64,000 nucleotides of DNA from Sphyrna mokarran (lineage: Eukaryota). Of the stretch, positions 1 to 13,139 are shown piece after piece. Within the stretch, counting starts at the first letter, position 1, and every line of letters starts with the position of its first letter. The notes under the pieces were generated by a model that made no database searches, had not been told where the DNA came from, and was given only the letters and a program-made list of their open reading frames with translations. The DNA is taken from positions 9,982,001-10,046,000 of the forward strand of contig JAGIQG010000023.1 in NCBI GenBank assembly GCA_024679065.1, written 5' to 3'. A program made the translations under genes and the position numbers.

Positions 1-779
1 TTTATTTTCTACATTACAACAATGATGCTATGGAAATGCAATTCTTTCTTTCAAACACAACAACAACTTTATTCAGAGTGTCTTCTCCAATTCAACCAGC
101 AAAACGTAAACAGTCTCCAACCTCTTGTCCTTGGTCTCTGCGGCCAGTTCTGAAGGAGGATTTAGAAAGGGGAGGATCAGGCAAACGAGAGCATAGAAAG
201 GCAGAGAGCCGAGAAGGTTCAGAAATTGGAGACTGATCACTGAGTAGAACCTGGAGGGCAATAAACACAGAATCATTCCCAGTGTCATATTGTGGTCAGG
301 ATAAGAATGTTAATAAAACAAAAGAAGTAATTTTTCAGGCAAGATGATTCATGTGAAAGTGCCCAAATTCCTGACATGTTGGACCGAAGTATGGAAATGG
401 ACCAGCCTGAGGAATGGGTGAGCTTGACCTGAAGAGATATTGGACCAATGGCTTTTGCGGCTGGGTGGCCAATGGCAGCAGCAGCAACAGGAATTGTTCA
501 GTGCTACAATGAAGCATGCTGGGAATTTTAGCCAAGCTGAATTAAACTTGACCAAAAGAAGGTCAAGGCATTTAGAGAGGCAAGGACTGATTAGGGACAG
601 TCAGCATGGCTTCATGAGTGGAAGTCTTTTAATGAACGTGCAGATTTCGCACAGTGACCCAGGCCAGGAATTGAACTTAGATTCCTTGCACCCTGGGGCA
701 ACACTGCTAAGTGTTATGCCACCATGCCTGGAGCTTTAAACAGAGTAATTTGAGATATTCTTTATGATGATGAAAATAC

Positions 780-1910
780 TATATTTGCAGGAAATCACTT
801 AAAGAAGAAGCTTATTATGTTTTTCATCACATAAAGAAGGAAACTAAACCTAGTGTTGCTCCTACAAAAATACCTGTATCTATAGTGACACTTGTCAGGA
901 TTACAAAATGAGCTAGTATGAAGGAAAGTGGTAAAATTCTATTAACTAACGTTCTTCATGACTTAATACTTGCACTGTTAGATACAGCTGGGATTTAGCA
1001 ACCAGAATGGTGTCCCTTCTCAAATTGGGGATCTGTGTTTTCATTTTGACTCAGAAATTGTTAGAACAAGAGACAGGGAATAGTCAAAGGGAAATAAATT
1101 TACAATCAAATGGTCAGCAAAATAGGGAATTGTTCATCGACTTAGTAACAGCTTGCTGTGTAAGCACTTGGACTGTTAATAGATAAAATTATTCCAGGAA
1201 TCATCTGTGAAGGAATTGAGCTTTTACTGTAGAAATGAAATTAAAGAATAACCACAAGCCTGTGGTGAACACAACATGTTCCACCCAGGATTAAGAGGTT
1301 AATGGATTTTCTCTGGGTTCTGCTAAATTGTACAATAGGAACTAAAAATCTTGATACAATTATGACAAGGATAACACTTAAGAATGGGGGAGAATATTGT
1401 GTTACTGCTTCACTGAAGGAATATCAATGTGGTAAAGAATATGTCGTATTATTAACAGCGCTTTTTGCTTTACACCTCAAATACCAGCTGGAATAAGCTA
1501 CATGGGATTAATTGATACACATAAGGGAAAGGAAGTTTCTTTCAATGTTACAGATAATCTTAAGGGATATTGTGAAAAATATGATACTATTGAACTTTTA
1601 ACTGGGAATCTGATACAAATTAAGAAATAGTTTGCTAATGTCTATCAAACTTTTACTAAAGTAGTTCAAAGAACTGAAGAAATTAAAAGGGACATTCAAG
1701 TTATCAAAGTCACCAAGTGGTGAGGTGATTTATGGGACTGGAGTACAAATATGCACCTCCATCCATGGATTTGTCTCATGTGATATGTTGCACTGTTAAT
1801 AATATTGTGTGCTTTAACTTATTTAATATTACTTATGATTCAGTTTGTTAAATGGAATAAAGAGACAACCCAAACCTTGAACATGGAATTGATGTTACAT
1901 AAGTGAATAT
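780..1910 (+). mobile_element. env: Second, internally deleted copy of the env-like gene, TM region retained
   Basis: Homologous to 55800-57330; QQNRELFIDLVTAC; GGEYCVTASL; DLWDWSTNMHLHPWI followed by hydrophobic YVALLIILCALTYLILLMI. Confidence 0.68.
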
Positions 1911-2049
1911 TTAGTTTATTGCAAGAATATAATTATGATTATATGTTAATTGTTAGTTTGACTGGAATCTTAAGACTAACCTGTGAGAGGGAACTTGCTC
2001 ATAATTTGTGATCCAATTAACTTCATGCTTCAGGATCAAAAGGAAGGAT

Positions 2050-2367
2050 TGTAGCCAGCAACAGCAACAATGAGAATTGTTAAAAAATACAATAAACATG
2101 CTGGGAATTTTGATCAAGTTGTATTGAAGCATTGATACAGGTCAGAGAAGGCTGAAGCAAGTTGTAACCTGTCCAGTAAGACATAACCTGTGTTGACCAA
2201 ATAAAGATTGTTGTTTGGACAGGTGCAAGATATACTGGAGCAGCTGATTACCGCCTTATACTATATATGGTGATGCTGTGTGACTTGCACACACTTTGGT
2301 ATAAACATTTCGGAGTTGCTTATGAGTAACTTCATCTGCTCTCATTGAACATTGCGATTAGTTCTCA
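2050..2367 (+). mobile_element. Putative LTR of the env-bearing element
   Basis: Polypurine tract aaaaggaagga directly before TGTAG; ends in CA, followed by PBS-like TGGTATCA. Related fragments at about 470-560 and 57340-57480. Confidence 0.55.
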
Positions 2368-2499
2368 GTGGTATCATTTGCAGAATGCCAGAGAACTTCC
2401 TGGAAAGGCATGCAAAGTTTAAGATAAAAAGAGGAACTTTGAGTCATTTCCTGAGCAGAAACATGAACATTAGTTAAGTAAAGAGCGGAATAGTAATAT

Positions 2500-2800
2500 A
2501 GTGGGTAGCACAGCTCCTCACAGCAACAGGGCCCTAGGTTCAATCCTGGCCTTGGATCACTGCCTATGTGGAGTCCACACATTCTCCCAGTCTCTGTGTG
2601 GGTTTCCTCTGGGTGCTCCAGTTTCTTCCCACGGTCCAAAGATGTGTGGGTTAGGTTGATTGGCTGTGCTAAAATTGACCCTAGTATCAGGGCAATTAGT
2701 AGGTTAAATATGTTGGGTTATAGGAATGGGGCCTGGGTAGGATTGTGGTCGATGCAGACTCGATGAGCCAAATGGCTTCCTCTGCGCTGTAGGGATTCTA
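2500..2800 (+). mobile_element. tRNA-derived V-SINE (HE1-like)
   Basis: V-domain core tgtgtgggtttcctctgggtgctccagtttc..ccaaagatgtg..ggttaggttgattggc with a CR1-like tail. Confidence 0.85.
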
Positions 2801-3649
2801 GAGGTTCAGAGAAGATAGGACTTGGAGTTTGACAGTGCTTGCTCAAAAATAGATTGATTGAAAATTGTGGGAAGTTGATAATGTTGATCAAAACCTCCAT
2901 TGCAGTATAGTATTAGATAATGTTAAAATGGGCAGAAGTGAAAAATGAAATTGATAAAGTTAATGAGTTAAAAGAAAAAGAGTGGAAATATTATTATGAA
3001 CTAATTGTTTACGATAGAGGTACATTGTCTCTGACAGAATCTCATTAAATCATATCTCAACAACTGTATGTTAAACAACAGAAACTGTTGCAAACGAGAG
3101 ACATGTTCTGTTTGCAAGATTATTATCACTGCAGTTTTCAGTGTGTATTGCACACAGATAATTGGAATTTTACCACCCTGCCCGACATGGGAACAGGCAG
3201 ACAGTGAGAAGCTCCATTGACCTCAGACGGGATTTTATAATTTCAGAACAAGTGAGAATGTAAAACCTCCCCCTACAGTTTCAAACAATTACCAATTAAA
3301 GTTGGCTTCCATTTTTAAAATGTGGCTTGCCTAGATTTTTAAAAGTTAAATTATCTTGAATTTCCCATCCACAATTAATAATGCAATTTACTTTATTTGG
3401 TAAGTATATCTATGTTTTGCTAATATATTCACAAGGGGATACAATACATCATTAATATTATTCATTTATATTTGCTAAGTATTTTATGCCATTAAACTTA
3501 GCAGACTTCCCAAATCTGGAAACACATGAGGCAGTCAAAGCAAATTGTGTGTCTGTTCCCAACAGCTTGTCCTTTCTGGACCTGGTCACAAGCCTAAATG
3601 TGTAGTTGATGGAATCCAAGTGGAGAGGATCCCCAAGAAGATCACACAT

Positions 3650-3928
3650 ATCAACACAAAATCAACTTATTACAAGGCAATACACACCTCTTTAACCTGT
3701 GCTTAACCCTCTCTACACTCACATTGTCTGTACGTTTAAGACTTGATTACCTATAAAGAATTGCATTCCAACCATTATTTTGTAAATTGAGTTTGTGTCT
3801 TTAAACGCCCTCTCTGTGAACAGAACTTGCACTGACCTGATGAAGGAGTAGCACTCTGAAAGCTTGTGGCTTGTGCTACCAGATAAACCTGTTGGATTTG
3901 AACCTTGTCTTGTGAGATTTCTTACTGC
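3650..3928 (+). mobile_element. Penelope-like element terminal repeat
   Basis: Matches 49250-49504, the end of the GIY-YIG-encoding element; contains ctgatga..gaaagct. Confidence 0.8.
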
Positions 3929-4262
3929 ACAAGCCTAAAGCCAGAGGTTATCATATAAGGGACACCAGTCCACATCAAGCTTGACTGCCTGAGTATCTCT
4001 CCCTTTTACTGTCTGCTTTCAGCACATTGATGCAATGTGCAACCTGTTTGACTTTGTTAAAACTCACCCTCCATTCCCATCAATAGCAGAAGCCGAACTC
4101 GAATCTGGAGCTTCAGGCTCAGATACACATTGCAGCACAAAACTGTCTTTTGTATCTTTACAAGTCTGCAAATATTTAAACATCTCTGCCGTATAACCTG
4201 TAGACTAGAGTCAAACTAACACTCACTGATTATCTGTCTGTCCAGCTCTGGCTGTTACTCAC

Positions 4263-4299
4263 CGGGCAGAGAGCAAATGAGGAGAATCAAAACCCACAT
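4263..4299 (-). CDS. Leader exon of a paralogous receptor gene (MWVLILLICSLP); remaining exons not in window
   Basis: 37 nt; G|GTGAGT donor; homologous to 39558-39594. Confidence 0.8.
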
Positions 4300-4389
4300 T
4301 GTTCTGTTGGAGATCAGATCAATACTTGTCGTCAATCCCCCAGCTTCTGTGACACAAGTTGAAATTAGTGTCTATTATAAATTGGAGAA

Positions 4390-4435
4390 GGAATTTAAAA
4401 TGAGAAAAAGACAGAAGGAAGTTGTGTCATGAAAG
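4390..4435 (-). promoter_or_regulatory. Candidate promoter: ETS/PU.1-like AGGAAGT plus AT-rich TTTAAA about 95-125 nt upstream of the leader ATG
   Basis: The same motifs occur at 58930-58972 in the duplicate; conservation may only reflect duplication age. Confidence 0.3.
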
Positions 4436-4869
4436 CTCAGTAAACAGATGATATAGTCAGGCTCCTAAGTTCTTGAACTTCTATCAGTCATATCTAACAA
4501 AATAGCTAAACCAACTTGCATGGAAAGAATATAAAATTCTAAAAAAAAAGTGTTAAGAAGTCAGAACAATGATGAACAAGCTAGTTATTTCCACTGAATT
4601 AGGAGGCAAGTTAGGACCATCGCTTCCCATATTATATAAAGTCCACGACCCCCTCTGTAAAACAAATATTTTTGATTTGAAGAAAGTTACAGATCTGGCA
4701 AAGTGTCATCCAGACTTGAAATGATAGCTGTATTCTCTATCCACAGTTGCTGTAAGACCTGCTGAGATTTTCCAGCTTTTTTTGTTTTTCTTTCAGATTT
4801 CAGCTTTATCCCAATGAGAATATTAAACTGGCTAACACCTAGTCATCAACACTATGTATCTTGACACAC

Positions 4870-5798
4870 TATGTGCAAGGTAGTTTCCCCCATTGGAAGG
4901 GGTGTCTTTGAAACATGAGAAGAGATTGAGTCTCTGGTGAAGCTAGTGTACCTTCAAGAAATATTTTTTTAAATCATATTCTCTGCAGTTGTAAGCAGGC
5001 TGTTAGGTATCATTATTGCTGGGCTGTCTGCTAGAAATCCTTCAGTGGCTGAAAAGAGGTTTTGCTTATTTTTCTTCTGGGCCTCAGGTACTTTTTGGGA
5101 TTTGTTTTATAATCTTGCAATGTTAAGAGGAAGACTAATCGGCAAGTTATATATTTTGGACAGTTTTCTTTTCCTAGTGAATTCAGAGTTTAATTTTCAG
5201 TTTGGCTGTTGACTGCAGTTTTAATTTAGAAGAGAGTGAGTATCATATTGAAAAGTAGTGTTTTTCTCTCTCTCCCTGGTATTGGAAATTCTACTGGCTA
5301 GGTGGAAGTGAGGCTCCTTGCCTCCCTGGAGTGAAAGTTCTGTGGTTTTTGTCTTTGCTAGCTAGTATCTAGAGTCTCTCTCTCTTTCTCCCTGATGTGC
5401 CTCAAGAGAACTGCAGCATCCAGCCAAAGGACTAAGTTTTGGCATCATGTGAGCATTTGTACTTTCTGTGCGAAACTTGCAGCAAGGAATTTGTACAGGG
5501 AAGTTTGTTTTGATTGGAACATTTCATATATTTTTTGATGGTTATGCAATACCATGATTTTTTATTACTTATTTGTAATTGATATAAGTTATTGTTAATT
5601 TTCTTTTTATACATGTTAACTGTATTCTTAAATAAACTTATTAAATAAAATTGTTTGAAAGAAGCTCTCTAGTGGGTCATTTGGTACATACCTGAAGTGA
5701 AACATCTCATGCTTACCCTAGCCAAATTCAAATTGCAAAACTTAATGTCCAGGCAGGCTTCATAATACACTTTGGAGTTTCTGACCTGAATTGTAACA
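4870..5798 (+). mobile_element. Probable solo LTR
   Basis: Non-coding, with AATAAA signals and a tgtaaca end; absent from duplicate block B; left boundary uncertain. Confidence 0.35.
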
Positions 5799-8135
5799 GT
5801 CTGCTGATGTTATCTAAAACTGACCCAGCAAGATCCTCATGTGCTCTCTGTGCTGGGAAAGATACCTGGTACCCCAGATAAACTCCACTGGAACATGTGG
5901 ACATATTTAGGAGTTCAAAGCTCTTGCCTTTGTCAAGAACCTACACCCTCTGCTGCCATAACAACAGAGTGAATGTTATGAATAAAGTTTGGAATGCCTC
6001 TCTGGTGCCTGTACTTGTTTCTTGATCTTGATTTATTGGAATCATTGATTTCTGAATTCCCCTCCCTCATTCTACTCTGGCTCAAAGCGAGTCTGTTGGT
6101 GTCTTTTATTACCCCAGTTCTGAGAAGAGTCTGAGAAACTTGAATTTATGTTTTATATTCTCCTTGTACCTGTTCCCTTTCTGTGGCAGTGCTTAGATCA
6201 TGTTGTGTTGAATATTGACTCAAAGATACTAGGATTGAAGGATGTGTTCTAATGTCTTTGTTATTCAGGGGTTTGAACCGTTGTTTGAATGAGATTGAAT
6301 GCTCTGTGTCAGATAACCTGCAGTAAATTTGGAAATGTCCAAGTGTGACGTGGAGAAAGAGAATATCAATGGTTAATCTGACTGATGGTTAAAGCTGCCT
6401 CTCCACTTTCACCATCGCAGTCACATATTTCACTGGCTGATGGGGAGTTGTTTCCGAATTGTTTCTTGAGCCCTGTCCAGTTCAAGGTGAGGAATACATG
6501 GGGACTCTGTTAAAGAGATTGAAGCGGTGCTCAATGTGAGAACATTCTAGCAGCAGATCCTGGAGGAGTCACTAGGAGACAGCATCATTCTGGGTCTGGT
6601 CATCAATCCCCAGCTTTGGTTTGTATCAACCTGTGTCAAAATGATTCACTGTGTCAATCCACTGAAACATTCTCAAACACTCTCAAGTTGTAATCCCCTG
6701 ACCTCAAATACTGACAAATCATTGTGCAAGTGTTGAGCTGAAGATTCACATCTATCCTTTAGACAGAGTGCTGAGGATATTGATTACACTCACAGCTGAA
6801 GCAACTAATTCAGTTTTTATTAACAACCTGATGAACTTTTAGGGTCAAAGGGATCAAGGGAGATATGAGGATATTGAATTCGATGATCAGCCATGATCAA
6901 AATGAATGGCGGAGCAGGCTCAAAGGGCTGAATGGCCTACTCCTGCTTCTAGTTTGTATGTTACATTTGGCAAAATAGTTCAAGTTCCTATAAAGTGTGA
7001 AAAGTATCTTTATCTGTGTCAAAAACCACATTCTGGTGGTTGTGAACTGAGCTGTTTTTTAAAGTCTCTTCCTCAAAGGAACAATGACAGGACAAAATCC
7101 TGCTGTGGTGTTCCTCCCCCATTGGGATGTTGATCGTATTTGATCTGGACTGGTTCAGTGATTCACCCACGATCTCTGGGTCACCCTGACCCAGGAGTTT
7201 ACCTTCCCAGGAATTGTGCTCGGTGGGTGGGTGTTTGGTTAATGATGGTGACATGAGCTCTCAAAATTCCACCCTCACCTTCCTCTACAATGGAGCTCTC
7301 AGCTGAATTTTGTCCTCACTGTCTGTGCCAGCTTCATGCTGCTTATTGGGTCTGGTTATCCTTGCAACAGATGACACAGCCTTCTATCTGTCTCCTTGTT
7401 GACCAGTTGCTGTCAGGAGGGGGTTACAATAGATGGAATGTTCCCTTCTGGAGTTGAAGGCTGGAAGTATCCGACATTATGAAGGTGGGAATGATCGGCG
7501 GAAATTCAGAGGCCTAGGCTAATGCCAACGGAACTAAATCCAAACTTGCATATTTTCAATCTACATATCACACATCAGGACATCTATCCAGTCAGGTTTT
7601 TTTTACTTGTGTTTTAGTGAATGTGAGCTGAGAATGAAGTCCTTACCTTCCAGAGCCCTGAGAAAACAATGAGAAGCAAACAGCTTTGACCCCTGTTTCT
7701 GAATGCTATTTAGCCGTGTGTAAGCTTTTGGGAAGCTATTGTAATATCTTGAGTGTAACAGTTGATAACAATTCATTGAGTCCTGAGGAAACTGGAAAGG
7801 ACCATCAATGTTCCAAGCTGCAGGAATACAGCTTCATTTCCCAGCACAGTTTAACTGATGATGGTATCAGGATTTTTGGGAATCAATGGAAATCAATCCA
7901 TCCATTTTCCCTCAGCTTTGACCTTTCCTTTTGATTATGATGCATAAGACTTCATCCAGCTCAGTAGCGCCTTCTTCTGGGGCAAGTGATTCATGGTGCG
8001 GTTCCTATGAATCCTGTGCACCTGTTCACTGTTTCTCCATCTGTATCACATGGAGTCCAGAAATGGATTAGTAACCATGATGTTTGCCTCTAACAAGTCC
8101 TGTGACAATGCAGATCCCCTTCTCCCAATTAATCC

Positions 8136-8460
8136 AGCAGCACGGTAGCACAATAGTTAGCACTGCTACTTCACATCTCTGGGGACCTGGGTTTGATTCC
8201 CAGCTTGGGTCACTGACTGTGTGGAGTTTGCACGTTCTTCTTGTGTCTGTGTGGGTTTCCTCTGAGTGCTCTGGTTTCCTCCCACAGTCCAAAGATGTGC
8301 AGGTTAGGTTGGTTGGCCATGCTAACAATTGCCCTTTAGTGTCCTGAGATGTGTAGGTTAGGGAGATTAGAGGGTAAATATGTAGGGATAAGGCCTGGGT
8401 GGGATTGTGATCAGTGTGGACTTAATGGGCCAAATGGCCTCTTTCCGCACTATAGAGTTT
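8136..8460 (+). mobile_element. Full-length V-SINE (HE1-like)
   Basis: cagcacggtagcacaatagttagcactgct (A box), ggtttgattcc (B box), V domain, LINE-like tail. Confidence 0.88.
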
Positions 8461-11400
8461 ATATATTCTAATTGCAAACACAACCCTTTATTTATTACTT
8501 AACAGCTAATGTACATTCAGAGGTTTCTGTCATGCATCAACCTTGAGAACAGCAACACATTTTTCTCGTGGTTAAACCACCATGAGGTGCAACAAACTTC
8601 AACCTTTTTTTTCAGAGTTCAGCTGCTGGTCATCAAACATCAACTTATTTGAGAGAATAAATTGTGGTTAAACTGAGTTTCTGTTCACTTAAGATGGAAC
8701 ATTCACTGGCAGTATTCTATATTAAATAAAGTCTTTTCATCCATTGAAACCCATAAGAAAATCAGGTCTCGAACAGCAATCTGCTGCATATGGAGAAAGG
8801 AATTGACCTCTCTGTTACAATACAATGAGAGGTGGAATGGCGCTGGTGGGGGAGGGTGGTGGGGATATGGGGGAAGTTGCTGCCGTAAAGAGAGAGGGAT
8901 GCTTGGAATTCAACCATAGATACGTCTACCCCCACACAGAGAGACATCAAGGCAAGAGCCCCTGTATAAGCCCCACTCACACTGTGTACTATCAGTAATA
9001 GTCTGAGTCTCGGGTTTAGTGACAACCTGTGGGAGGGGGACCTACTGTAACCTTGACACTGAGAGTTTGAAGGAGAGAGGCCGAATTCATCCCTGAACCT
9101 GACAGACCCCATTACATACTCAATACCCCAGTACTGGTATCGCTTCCTCCCTGAATCCAAGTACAATTGATAACAGGTGCTCAAATTCCAGGTGGATTCA
9201 ATTGAAAAGCATTGTTGCCAATTCAGCAACTGGGAATCTCTATTGGAATCTGATATGTTAAGCGGAATTACCAGTTAATTGACGGTCTCCATTTAAATCC
9301 AGCAATGACCACTTCAAAACCCGTTCCTGCCAGGCCACAGGCAGTTTGATCTTGAAATGGTCTAGCTTGCTTTTTCCCCTCTGGGTAGAGTTGCATAAAG
9401 AAGCAATAATTTGCATTCATTTGGCAATTTTAACTGAGTAAAACTGGCAGAAACGTTTTGGATGAGCTTAATTTGATTCAGGGTGGACAGTGCAAAACAT
9501 TGGATGGTATTGAAATAATTGAGAATGGGGCTATCTCCAGTTTGGATGAGGACTCTGTTGGACAGAGAGGTAGAACAAGTTTCTTTTTTTGCCTTATTTA
9601 AATGACCATGTCTCTTACTCTGCAATTATAATGTTACATTGTCCCATCCTGATAAATGTGGAACGTATTATTGGAGCGATTGGTTTCTCATGAATGAAAA
9701 ATTCATGTTGCCTGTTCCTGACAGAATTAGTCTTCAAATTGACACAGAATTAAAGGAGATTATGAACTAAGAAGTGTAGACATTTAATCAGCAAACAGAT
9801 CAGTTATTGTCCACATGTAGGTATACAACTTGAAAGTCCCAGCCATTGTTTAAGTTTGTGATTCCTCCACTAATTTACTGACCAAAATTATTTAATAACA
9901 TAAAACAGGTTATTATGTTGACTTGTTATAAAAAAATGCTCAAAGCTGGATGAGTCATGATTGTTTTGAACAGAATGCAAAATGGATCTCAATTCACAGA
10001 GAAGGTTCTGAGAGAAAGGAAATTGTGATTGAATAACTGGGAGAGATTCAATTCCAAATTGAGGACACAACTATTCAATGCCCTATACATGGGGTCATGT
10101 ATTTCCCATGACAGGTGGCGATGAGTGATTCTGGTGAATGACACTTTGGTTAAACATTTTACGCTCTGGAAGTGGGTGTGTGAAGGTCCAGATCACCCCA
10201 GAAATGGCACACGGTTATATTTGGAGGCCAATATCATCACTTCATCTTGTAATATTTTGTTCAACTGAATTTGGAGAAGTATTGTCACAATAAAGGGATG
10301 CGGAGCCAATTTTGAGGACACTCAAAGCAACTCCTCCCAAAAGTATGTCAGTGTGCCATTGCTGGGTTGCCCACTGGTGGGACAGGGCATACCCAGGAGT
10401 AGTGACGATGATCATAGGGACTTACATTTCCATTTATGAGTGCGATGTGTCAGTGGTTCCCCATCACTGGCAGTTGAGTTGGAGACAGCTAGCTGACTTT
10501 GATGCCCTGTAGACTTCAATTACCTTTGGAGCCTTTCCCTAGCCAGTGGAGTCTGTGCAGGCCCCAACTGGGTGAGAAATTCCCTTGCCACTGCTGGACA
10601 CTACTCAGTAATCGTGTTCCAATTAGATACGACAGGCACTGGCTATAGATTGGAGGAGATATTACTATCATCCACATTACCCTGACAAGAAGTTGCAGGT
10701 ATGAACCATAGAACAGCCCATTCACCAACATGATATTGATTTGAACTCCCCAAATTACCATCAACTGATGGGCAACTAATTGAGTTGCTTGGTGCCTCGT
10801 TCATTAGTTACAATCTAGCATGTTGTTAGTGCCATGAACTAAATCAGGAAAGGAAACTTGGCAAGCTACCACAACTATTTTCTTTTTGTATTTTATCGCA
10901 AGAAGATACATGCACGGAAGACAGAAACCAGAAATTCCAATTGCTTAAAAATTCCAATAGCTTTACACATTATTTTCCCAGCTCACTGTGCTGATCGGCA
11001 GGTGTGGCAAGGTAGTAAAATGGGGCTTTTGTGGGGACAAAGATAATGGCTGCTCTGTTCACAATGTTCAATTGTAATTTTGAATCATCCAGGACTGGCT
11101 GTTGGATAAGAAGCTGGAATGGCTATCCCACAGCACAGAGACAGTGGAGGGGAGGAGTGAAGTGGAGCTCAGACAGGGGACAAGGCTTCATGTTTGAAAG
11201 TGGGCTTGTATTCATTAGGAAACAGGGAAACTTTAACAACTGTAGATTGCATTTGCTAAGATAAAGGTAAAATCATAACATAATGAAGTTAAGATAAAAT
11301 CAATTTTCTGGAGTAAAGGGAAATACATTCTTATATAACTCAGTGTGTCTCCAATTCTATTGCCAGACAGGCACATTATCCCATCCCTATTCAATGTGAA

Positions 11401-12144
11401 ACATATAATTGAAGTGACTGGTTTCCAGTGAATGAAAAAGTCATGTTATCTATTTTTTATAAGATGTGTTAGTGTTTAAATTGACACAGATTAAATTAAG
11501 AATATGAAATGAGAAGTCTAGACATTGGATGAGTCTTTCTGGCCGTGTTCACCCCAAAAGTGGAAAATCTTGCCCAAGGTCAATGCATTTTTGCACGATC
11601 CACATCCCCCACCCACTACTTTTCCCATGGCAGGCAAGAAGGGAAAATCCCACCCATTGAATTAGCAAACAGATCAATTATTCTTCAGATTTATATTTGC
11701 ATCTTGAAGGTCGCATCCACTAAATTTTTAGTCAAGTTCATTTAATGACAAAAACTTTTTATGATATACATTGGTTAAAAGAAATGTTCAAAGCTGGATA
11801 AATAATTAATATTTGACTAGGATGCAAAATTCTACCAATGAGGATGCCAGCAAGGAATCTTCATTTCCCATTTTGGTTCAAATTTAAGAATCGGATTCAT
11901 TGAGTGTCTGAAAAAGAAAATAATCAGATTTATTGAGATTGAGAGAACAATGCATCAATTGACATTTCAGATTTGAGCAGAATTCTGGAAATGGCAACAG
12001 ATTGAGGCAAAGGTTGGGGCAGTTTTGAGATCACATTGTTTACCCATTGCTGGGAAGAACTGGTATTTGTATTCCTCATGATGATATGTAACATTACTTT
12101 CTCATGGGTAATTGATGTTTCCCGATGGCTGTGATTAATTCTCT

Positions 12145-12875
12145 GGCGATAGAACTGAAGATTTGTGCTCCAGAACTTGCTACACCCCTGGGCAAGCTGT
12201 TCCAGTACAGCTACAACACTGGCATCTACCCAGCAAAGTGGAAAATTGCTCAGGTAGATCTCCAGAAAAAGGAGGACAAATCCAACCAGGCCAATTACTG
12301 CCCCATCAGTTAAATCTCAATGATCAGTAAAGTGATGGAAAAGGTCATCAACAGCGCCATCAAGAGGCATTTACTCAGCAATAAGCTGCTCATGGATGCT
12401 CAGTTTGGGTTCAGCCAGGGTCATTCAGCTCCTGACCCTATTATAGCCGTGGTTAAAACATAGACAAAAGAGCTGTATGCCAGAGGTGAGGTGAGAGTGA
12501 CTGCCCTTGACATCAAGACAGCAATTGACTGAGTGTGGCATCAAGGAGCCTAAACAAAACCAGAATGAATGGGACTCGGGGAGAAAGCCTTCCACTGGTT
12601 GGAGTGATGCCTGGCATAAAGGAAGGTGGTTGTTCTGGTTGGAGGTCAGCCATCTCAGCTCCAGGACATCACTACACGAGTTACAAAGGATTCTCAGTCC
12701 AACCATCTTCAGCAATAACCTTCCTTCCAACATAAAGTCAGATCTGGGATGTTTGCTGCTAACTGAAAAATGTTCAGTTCGATTCACGACTCTTTAGATT
12801 CTGAAGCCATCAACTTCCAATTGCAGCAAGATATGGACGATAGCCAGGCCTAGGCTGACAAGTGGCAAGTAGTAT
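12145..12875 (+). mobile_element. LINE (CR1/L2 clade) reverse transcriptase fragment
   Basis: ELKICAPELATPLGKLFQYSYNTGIYPAKWKIAQV..DKSNQANYCPIS; QFGF; ALDIK. Confidence 0.85.
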
Positions 12876-13139
12876 TTGTGTCACTTGGTCAGGGAAAGTA
12901 CCAGGCAATGCCGGGAGAAATTTTGGGAGTTGGGAGGACGGGTATATTGCATGATGTTTGAGGTGGGGCAGGGGGAGGGGAAGGGGTGTATGTGGGGATT
13001 GAGGTTCCATCTTAACATTCATGAATTTGGCCAGACTCTAAAAATGGCATTTCAATCTTTAGAAAACTAAGTTGCTGTCAGGGTGGGCTCAGTCACAGCC
13101 TATCTTGCCAGTGTGACACCGTGGAATTCGTTCTGAGTA

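Larger units (their letters stand above)
640..4560. repeat. Segmental duplication, block A1 (partner about 55600-59070)
   Basis: Colinear SINE piece, env-like region, LTR, intron 1, leader exon and promoter. Confidence 0.85.

Noticed and set aside
8136-8215. tRNA gene
   Set aside because: The A/B boxes belong to a tRNA-derived SINE head followed by the V domain.
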